Shown: positions 59,101 to 64,000 of the stretch, in pieces
How positions within the stretch are numbered: position 1 is the stretch's first letter
Layout: the number at the start of each line of letters is the position of its first letter
Origin: Dehalococcoidia bacterium
GTDB lineage: Bacteria > Chloroflexota > Dehalococcoidia > Plut-88900
Assembly: GCA_965207225.1 (NCBI GenBank)
Contig: CBDBLV010000005.1
Span: 992,001 to 1,056,000 of the forward strand
DNA length: 64,000 nt
Direction of reading: 5' to 3'
The notes under the pieces: generated by a model
What the model was told of the DNA's origin: nothing
Databases searched by the model: none
Seen by the model: the letters and a program-made list of their open reading frames with translations, nothing else
Translations under genes and position numbers: made by a program

Positions 59101-62083
59101 GGCCACCACCAACGACGAGGTGGACGAGCCCGACGGATCGGTCACGGTCACCGTCGACGCCAGCGCCAACCTCGACTACCGGGTGTCCTCGTCCCAGGGG
59201 ACGGCCGTCGTGGTCGTGTCCGACGACGACGGCGGCTACACGGTCAACCAGGGAACGATCGCCAGGGTCAAGGAGCTGGCGTCGCAGACGCAGCACGGCG
59301 CGGCCCACGTGAACCGCTGGAACCGGGTGCTGCTGGCCTTCGGCGAGCACGACGGCACCGGCGTCACCGGCGGCCCGATGACGGCGTCCGAGGCCCAGGA
59401 CATGGCCGACAATCACAGCAGCCCCGTCTGGGACCTGGTGGTCGTCGAGCTGACCGCCCTGGAAGCGGCCGCGGCGCAGACGCCGCCGCCGCCGCCCACG
59501 CCCGAGGTGAGTATCACCGCTGGCAGCGGGGTGACCGAGGGCGGCGACGCCGTCTTCACGGTGACGGCCAGCCCGGCCCCGACCGCGAACCTGGACGTGA
59601 GCGTAACGGTGTCCCAGAGCGGCGACTACGGCGCGGCCACGGGCCAGCGCACGGTGACGATACCCACCACGGGCAGCGTCACCCTCACCGTGGGCACCAC
59701 GGACGATAACGCCGACGAGACCGACGGCTCGGTCACCGCGACGGTGAACGCGGGCAGCGGCTACACGGTGTCCTCGTCCCAGGGCGCGGCCACGGTGGCC
59801 GTGTCCGACAACGACGACGCCTCCACGCCGGTGGTGAGCGTCAGCGCGGGCGGCGGCATCACCGAGGGCGGCAGCGCAAGCTTCACCGTCAGCGCAAACC
59901 CCGCCCCCGCCGCCAACCTCGACGTGAGCGTCACGGTCTCCCAGAGCGGCGACTACGGCGCGACCACGGGCCAGCGCACGGTGACGATACCCACCACGGG
60001 CAGCGTCACCATCACCGTCGGCACCACGGACGACAGCGCCGACGAGGCCGACGGGTCGGTCACCGCAACGGTGAACGCGGGCAGCGGCTACACGGTGTCC
60101 TCGTCCCAGGGGGCTGCCACGGCCGGCGTCGCAGACAACGACGACCCGGTCGTTGAGGAGCAGACGGGCTACACGGTGGACCCGGACGTGATCGCGAAGG
60201 TCAGGGAGCTGGCGTCGCAGACGCAGCACGGCACGGCCCACGTGAACCGCTGGAACCGGGTGCTCGTCGCCTTCGGCGAGCACGACGGCACCGGCGTCAC
60301 GGGCGGCCCGATGACGGCGGCCGAGGCCCAGGACATGGCGGACAAACACAGCAGCCCCGTGTGGGACGAGGTGGTGACCGAGCTGACGGCGCTGGAGGCG
60401 GCGTCAGCGCAGACGCCACCGCCGCCCACGCCTGAGGTGAGCGTCACCGCTGGAAGCGGGATAACCGAGGGCGGCGACGCCGTCTTCACGGTGACGGCCA
60501 GCCCGGCGCCTTCGTCCAATCTGGACGTGAGCGTCACGGTCTCGCAGAGCGGCGACTACGGCGCGACCACGGGCCAGCGGACGGTGACGATACCCACCAC
60601 GGGCAGCGTCACCCTCACCGTGGGCACCACGGACGATACTACTGACGAGACCGACGGGTCGGTCACGGCCACGGTGAACGCGGGCAGCGGCTACACGGTG
60701 TCCTCGTCCCAGGGCGCGGCCACGGTGGCGGTGTCCGACAACGACGACGCCCCCACGCCGGTGGTGAGCGTCACTGCTGGCAGCGGGGTGACCGAGGGTG
60801 GGGACGTCGTCTTCACGGTGACGGCCAGCCCGGCCCCGGCGTCCAACCTGGCGGTGAGCGTCACGGTATCGCAGAGCGGCGACTACGGCGCGACCACAGG
60901 CCAGCGCACGGTGACCGTCCCGACTTCGGGCAGCGTCACCCTCACCGTTGGCACCACGGACGATACTACTGACGAGACCGACGGCTCGGTCATCGCGACG
61001 GTGAACGCGGGCAGCGGCTACACGGTGTCCTCGTCCCAGGGCGCGGCCACGGTCGGCGTGTCCGACAACGACGACGCCCCCACGCCGGTGGTGAGCGTCA
61101 CCGCTGGCAGCGGGGTGACCGAGGGCGGGGACGCCGTCTTCACGGTGACGGCCAGCCCGGCCCCGGCGGCCAACCTGGCGGTGAGCGTCACGGTGTCGCA
61201 GAGCGGCGACTACGGCGCGACCACGGGCCAGCGCACGGTGACGATACCCACCACGGGCAGCGTCACCCTCACCGTCGGCACCACGGACGACAGCGCGGAC
61301 GAGACCGACGGGTCGGTGACGGCGACGGTGAACGCGGGCAGCGGCTACACGGTGTCCTCGTCCCAGGGCGCGGCCACGGTCGGCGTGGCCGACAACGACG
61401 ACGCCCCCACGCCGGTGGTGAGCGTCACCGCTGGCAGCGGGGTGACCGAGGGCGGGGACGCCGTCTTCACGGTGACGGCCAGCCCGGCCCCGGCGTCCAA
61501 CCTGGCGGTGAGCGTCACGGTGTCCCAGAGCGGCGACTACGGCGCGACCACGGGCCACCGCACGGTGACGATACCCACCACGGGCAGCGTCACCCTCACC
61601 GTCGGCACCACGGACGATACTACTGACGAGACCGACGGGTCGGTGACGGCCACGGTGAACGCGGGCAGCGGCTACACCGTGTCCTCGACCCAGGGCGCGG
61701 CCACGGTCGGCGTGGCAGACAACGACGACGCGGCCCCTGAGGTGGAGATAACCGTCACCGTCGAGGCCGCGTCGGCGGTGGAGGGCGACGTGCTGGAGTT
61801 CCGGGTGCGGCTGTCCGAGGCGTCCACCGAGGAGATCAGGATCAGATGGAACACCGCGCCTGCGTACCACCTGCTGGACGACCGGGCGCACATGACCGAC
61901 TATCAGTACACGGAGGGTGAGCTGGTGTTCGCGCCGGGGGTGACGGAGCTGACGGCGGAGGTGTGGCTGGAGTACGACGACGATGAGGAGCCGGACGAGT
62001 ACTTCGTGGTGGAGGCGTACCTGCCCGGGACCCTCTACCCGCCCGACGCCGTGGGAACCATGACGATCAAAGACGACGACTAG
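53141..62083 (+). CDS. giant secreted repeat adhesin (2980 aa; beta-sandwich repeats, lectin-like domain, FN3-like, Calx-beta-like repeats)
   Basis: Signal peptide; repeated AQ.FTTG...GWSI.D domains; V.EG...F.V...DND Calx-beta-like units with a 327 bp period. Confidence 0.9.
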   Translation: MRRPGIALLALALLAVVFAATPAEQANAQTPQTFVANTGQLDGASVSLGNDYAQAFTTGSSSAGYSLTSVGVEFAAIASGFSSSSLTASIHADSGGSPGNSLGTLTNPASFPVSSSDQTLTFTSSAGIDLAAKTTYFLVIDLSSAESASLMRLTGSDSEDGGGQAGWSIGDGFSRRAWNTTGAWSTFASSMKLSLGGVSKPFLVSNFGQANGGTGNFVQHDHAQAFTTGANAGGYTLTGVDFSFPQINDGALAGKLTAEIRSDSSGAPGAVVATLTKPGTIAAGTNSFTHSGVALAANTTYWAVLDVTLVLLPGANTIQNTASDAEDAGGADGWTIADDGHYRTWNTSGAWTSFSQSRKMTIHGTAVETVETETFVANTGQADGGTSFLGNDFHQAFTSGSNSFGYTLHSVDVEFSTIDSAFSSSALTASIHAASGGSPGSSLGTLTNPASFPASTSDQTLTFTSSAGIDLEGSATYFLVIDMDAGQSSSRVRLTGSDAEDGGGLAGWSIADGAGTRTASSTGAWTPNVSSLKISLDGVSKPRPSRVSILGGGAVTEGVSASFTLTAVPAPTADLPVSVTVATTGDFGYGTLPTSVTIPDSGTATLEIPTTGDDVDEAHGSVTVTLVDGSDYDLATSLGTATVRVRDDDPALVKNTGQSSGLVQGLHVDLAQGFDTGGNPSGYTLTSVDVAFNRSTEDFGSKLTVTVHKGANGAPGTVVGTLANPAFVNRQAGTYSFTHPGVALEADTRYWVVLDAAGLTEGNSQVKFTQSNSEDEGAAPGWSINNDARIRAQGGGNWITLVGGSTLSMGVNGRLLPHADGSYTVPFDWPLKPLGLGAGETFRLLFMTEDHRDATAADIGVYDAHVREAARDGHAAVRRYADHFRVVGSTAAVDARDHTRTNPNNAGHTDAEVWWLNGERVAANNAGFWSDTWENWAMADRRFESGERSTSNDWPWTGTRTDGAKEANPLGASNARRGRFSTTDADTGPISYNTIASTQDHAFYGISPLFRVEPTPVNAPPGEPAVMSNLGQADGAALTVTTASTVRDRAQSFTTGKNGGHYRLNSVDVEFAEIGDSNAARDLRVQIWAGSGGSPGSTAADVLADLARPSMPVGSADRTFTFTYQGDDGSGLRLEPNTTYWVYVYDASVQPNSTYTLRATASNSERLRGLRLPEGWSIGDGHSSWSLYPNPAVSWSTHSEALKIGLNLGAADAFVQFRTCAGTVSGNTCSTGWVIANYNRHDPPPTITLTEGGPAVTYQWQAVDPHERRHFYVASQVGEPLSHHGGYIGPGKPDRDRLMCHTGSRSPYNLGDPIVEGLGRDGIHFGYGSTAGPLLDRHDGCPFSSQSVYESDANKWRPVSLAAGQDSDAFDHGTFLIHRPHAVGHNFYENGVLYQVGGFDYPEVQVPLIIRDDDEWEQTLEFSIDDGTTWTSIEDGGLNLAFPASLNTGRKAHYFWVRTKNDPPADQDKRFSISADFAEPLLRSGTSEYFRSHRVWFTSPAASHLHTFRTDSAVSAGSVTVSRTPVQVDVHVGANVVGNVTFQVEGYKLYERSDNQISTETPPKTVRTDSFSFHRTLGSCVGCQRLLGDLPDPVVERVGDLSYANLSDTGIDLSWPQVVGAEGYEVRYWSTTSPFPGVPADEAWFGAEPNDPAWNIRHLEPDTEYRAVVYYADHGATQLSTASPVIRFTTLAAGSPVEAEPTSVIVERVPEVSISAAGGTITEGEDAVYTVTVNPAPDAPLDVRVGVAGPGSVVAAQHLGERTVNVPTGGSVSFTIPTVDDTGWGSNGMLGATVQFGEGYRLNRFRSYASVYIANNDLPPPPPVQLKRVSDTTATVAWKPQGDGASYLVVWHESFTGVPVLTEVTTTATEHQLTGLDPQSHYVVSVLHGTTQLDKITVRTLAAGATPKTFTVDFETPAPNTSVPLISVTADGNVTEGGDATFTVSANPAPAADLDVSVTVSQSDDSGISMEHRTVTIPSAGYAALTVATTNDEVDEPDGSVTVTVDASANLDYRVSSSQGTAVVVVSDDDGGYTVNQGTIARVKELASQTQHGAAHVNRWNRVLLAFGEHDGTGVTGGPMTASEAQDMADNHSSPVWDLVVVELTALEAAAAQTPPPPPTPEVSITAGSGVTEGGDAVFTVTASPAPTANLDVSVTVSQSGDYGAATGQRTVTIPTTGSVTLTVGTTDDNADETDGSVTATVNAGSGYTVSSSQGAATVAVSDNDDASTPVVSVSAGGGITEGGSASFTVSANPAPAANLDVSVTVSQSGDYGATTGQRTVTIPTTGSVTITVGTTDDSADEADGSVTATVNAGSGYTVSSSQGAATAGVADNDDPVVEEQTGYTVDPDVIAKVRELASQTQHGTAHVNRWNRVLVAFGEHDGTGVTGGPMTAAEAQDMADKHSSPVWDEVVTELTALEAASAQTPPPPTPEVSVTAGSGITEGGDAVFTVTASPAPSSNLDVSVTVSQSGDYGATTGQRTVTIPTTGSVTLTVGTTDDTTDETDGSVTATVNAGSGYTVSSSQGAATVAVSDNDDAPTPVVSVTAGSGVTEGGDVVFTVTASPAPASNLAVSVTVSQSGDYGATTGQRTVTVPTSGSVTLTVGTTDDTTDETDGSVIATVNAGSGYTVSSSQGAATVGVSDNDDAPTPVVSVTAGSGVTEGGDAVFTVTASPAPAANLAVSVTVSQSGDYGATTGQRTVTIPTTGSVTLTVGTTDDSADETDGSVTATVNAGSGYTVSSSQGAATVGVADNDDAPTPVVSVTAGSGVTEGGDAVFTVTASPAPASNLAVSVTVSQSGDYGATTGHRTVTIPTTGSVTLTVGTTDDTTDETDGSVTATVNAGSGYTVSSTQGAATVGVADNDDAAPEVEITVTVEAASAVEGDVLEFRVRLSEASTEEIRIRWNTAPAYHLLDDRAHMTDYQYTEGELVFAPGVTELTAEVWLEYDDDEEPDEYFVVEAYLPGTLYPPDAVGTMTIKDDD
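59500..61740 (+). repeat. near-identical 327 bp intragenic repeats (Calx-beta-like units)
   Basis: Unit starts near 59501, 59828, 60431, 60758, 61085, 61412. Confidence 0.9.
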
Positions 62084-62111
62084 TCCGGCCCAGCCGGACC
62101 GGCAAGAGGAT

Positions 62112-62151
62112 GCAAGGGGGGCCTGCGGCAACACCGCCCAGGCCCCCTTGC
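62112..62151 (+). terminator. hairpin downstream of the adhesin
   Basis: GCAAGGGGG(G)CCTG...CAGGCCCCCTTGC stem; no U tract. Confidence 0.55.
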
Positions 62152-62321
62152 TCTAGCCGCGGGGCGGCTAGGTAATATACTAACGTGGGTGTCAGGATCG
62201 CCGGAGTGAAGTTGGATCACCCATCCACAATTCGAAAATGGTTCTGCCTATCGTCAACTCAGGCCCACCAGACTTGATAAAATCAAGAACCTTCCGCTTG
62301 TGCTTCAAGTTGGAGGTGTAA

Positions 62322-64000
62322 ATGAGGGGGCTAATGATGTCGGTAGGTACACGGTCACGGAATAGAGTCGGCCCCGTGATGTTGGTCGGCCTCGTAGTGG
62401 CCCTTCTTGTCATATCCTTGGCGGCATGTAGTGACGAGTCGTCCACACCGACCGACACCCCTACGCCTTCGCCAACACCCGCGCCGACCAACACCCCTAC
62501 GCCTTCGCCAACACCCGCGCCGACCAACACCCCTACGCCTTCGCCAACACCCGCGCCGACCAACACCCCTACGCCTTCGCCAACACCCGCGCCGACCAAC
62601 ACCCCTACGCCTTCGCCAACACCCACGCCACCTACTTTGCTGTCAACGTATGAAACAACCAACACCAGATGGCTGGTGAGAAACTATCCAGCACTGGCTC
62701 GGCAAATCCAGACGCTCCCCTGGGTCCAGGACGGACTTTCCGACCTAGAACGATCAGCAGTAGACGAGTTGCTTTGGATGGCCGCCGAAGACATTGATAA
62801 TCTGAAGGCGGCTCTACGTCTGTCTTGGGTGCAGGACGAGGTGTCCGAGACCGAGTACGACGTTATACATTGGCTCAGGGCACTGGACTTCGACGCCACA
62901 GATGTGGTCTTCCAACTCCTCTCAATGCCGTTCTTACTTTCCCCAGACACCACTGATGTGCTAGCCATTCGAGGAATGAAGAAACTGGCCTACGAAGGCC
63001 GCCTCGCCCCTCTCACTGACCACGCGATCTTTCAGGACGGCGTTACCGACGAGGAGACCACGCTGATTGCCGCTGTGGGCACCCTTAGCGACGCGGACGA
63101 GATTCGGGGGGTTCTGAACCCCGAAGGCGCTGCCATTGAGACAGTTTCCCTCGGTACAGAACTGACGCCCCATCTCAGGATCAGCATCGTCCGTACCGAC
63201 AGCCAATCCCGGCCGGGCACCATTGAGGCAACTCGGGATTTGATTCAGTTCGTTGAGAATACTACTGGCTTGCCATTGCCGGTGGACCACGTCATCATCA
63301 TGCTCAGCGAGAATGCGGTCACGGACAAGTACGCCGGCACAAATTATGGCTTTGCGTTCAGCTACTTGCCCAAATACGAGGTGACGCAATCTGGTACTTG
63401 GGAGTGGAGGCAAAGTCGATTAGGCTTCGTTCACGAAACCGCTCACTACTTCTGGAGCGGCAATGAGAACTGGATAGACGAGGGCCTAGCCAATCTGTTC
63501 GAGTATCGGTTTGGTCGGCAGATGGGCCTGAGCCATGGGCAGTTGCAAACTAAGCGCAGAGGATGCGAGGCCCACGACCTCGAGATGCTTTCGGAGTGGG
63601 ACCCGGATTCGAGTGAATGGGACCGCTATCAGTGCGCCTACTACCTGGGCCAGTTGCTCTTTCAGAACTTGTTCGCAAGTATGGACGCCGAGACATTTAC
63701 CGCAAGCCTCCAAGAATACTATCGGCTATCCCTGGATGCCCAGGAGGCAGACCGTATCCCCGGCATAGCGGAAGTCCGCAAAGCATTCGCGGGACAGGAC
63801 GCCATCATCGACCGCCACTGGTCAGGAAAGATGAACTCGCCGGAGAACCGCCCGTTCGACGAAGGTTATGAATATACAAGCCATAACCTTATCCAATGGA
63901 TACGGCATCCAACCTATGAAGACGGGGTAGTGGCTTTCGAAGGGGCCTTCTTGAACGGAGCAGAGCCTAGTTTTCGATTGCCACGGTCACGTGGATCACA
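62322..64000 (+). CDS. lipoprotein gluzincin-type metallopeptidase with Pro/Thr linker (runs off window; absent from the ORF track)
   Basis: GGAGGTG SD; lipobox LAAC; HETAHYFW...WIDEGLA; no stop found in the part translated manually. Confidence 0.8.
   Translation, partial: MRGLMMSVGTRSRNRVGPVMLVGLVVALLVISLAACSDESSTPTDTPTPSPTPAPTNTPTPSPTPAPTNTPTPSPTPAPTNTPTPSPTPAPTNTPTPSPTPTPPTLLSTYETTNTRWLVRNYPALARQIQTLPWVQDGLSDLERSAVDELLWMAAEDIDNLKAALRLSWVQDEVSETEYDVIHWLRALDFDATDVVFQLLSMPFLLSPDTTDVLAIRGMKKLAYEGRLAPLTDHAIFQDGVTDEETTLIAAVGTLSDADEIRGVLNPEGAAIETVSLGTELTPHLRISIVRTDSQSRPGTIEATRDLIQFVENTTGLPLPVDHVIIMLSENAVTDKYAGTNYGFAFSYLPKYEVTQSGTWEWRQSRLGFVHETAHYFWSGNENWIDEGLANLFEYRFGRQMGLSHGQLQTKRRGCEAHDLEMLSEWDPDSSEWDRYQCAYYLGQLLFQNLFASMDAETFTASLQEYYRLSLDAQEADRIPGIAEVRKAFAGQDAIIDRHWSGKMNSPENRPFDEGYEYTSHNLIQWIRHPTYEDGVVAFEGAFLNGAEPSFRLPRSRGS
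62448..62628 (+). repeat. 36 bp tandem repeat (about 5 units) encoding [12 protein letters not shown]
   Basis: CAACACCCGCGCCGACCAACACCCCTACGCCTTCGC repeated. Confidence 0.92.

Larger units (their letters stand above)
44573..62277. mobile_element. integrative (probably mobilisable) element in tRNA-Val, about 17.7 kb
   Basis: 15 bp direct repeat GCCCACCAGACTTGA at 44573-44587 and 62263-62277; serine recombinase at the left end; reconstructed attP is an inverted repeat. Confidence 0.9.

Noticed and set aside
54731-62134. Long antisense ORFs (1872 aa, 576 aa)
   Set aside because: Shadow frames of the GC-rich, codon-biased adhesin
62448-62628. 36 bp repeats as a CRISPR array
   Set aside because: Contiguous units without spacers that encode a Pro/Thr linker
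62192-62665. 157 aa minus-strand ORF with GVGEGVGV repeats
   Set aside because: Antisense of the lipoprotein linker; only the last ~23 codons matter, as the alternative integrase C-terminus

Overview
This looks like a Chloroflexota genome segment (Dehalococcoidia/SAR202-like, inferred from gene content; possibly a host-associated lineage). Positions 1-44.5 kb are mostly core genome: rpsL-rpsG, rsmG, five tRNAs, catabolic enzymes, etfBA, an EF-G paralog, the F1Fo ATP synthase operon, rex, infC-rpmI-rplT, nfi, frameshifted prfB, a PIM-like patA-pimA-pgsA cluster and nusA-ylxR-infB-rbfA-truB. Two things stand out. (1) Two unlinked intergenic loci (about 12.7-14.0 kb on +, 43.5-44.25 kb on -) are homologous units. 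Each has a palindromic repeat, a near-consensus sigma70 promoter and a highly structured non-coding segment closed by a 15-18 bp long-range helix, containing one or two kissing-loop modules (UCGGA/UCCGA) with compensatory changes. This is a candidate large structured ncRNA family that I cannot assign to a known class. (2) A 17.7 kb integrative element sits in the 3' end of tRNA-Val(GAC), bounded by a 15 bp direct repeat (44573-44587 / 62263-62277). Its reconstructed attP is a near-perfect inverted repeat, and its large serine recombinase gene reads across the att site, so the C-terminus differs between integrated and excised states. It also carries an RHH regulator, a duplicated-domain replication-relaxation-like protein, a VirD4-like ATPase, a Uma2 nuclease and a 2980 aa repeat adhesin preceded by a C12 tract that may act as a phase switch. 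All calls come from reading the sequence by eye; no database searches or folding programs were run.
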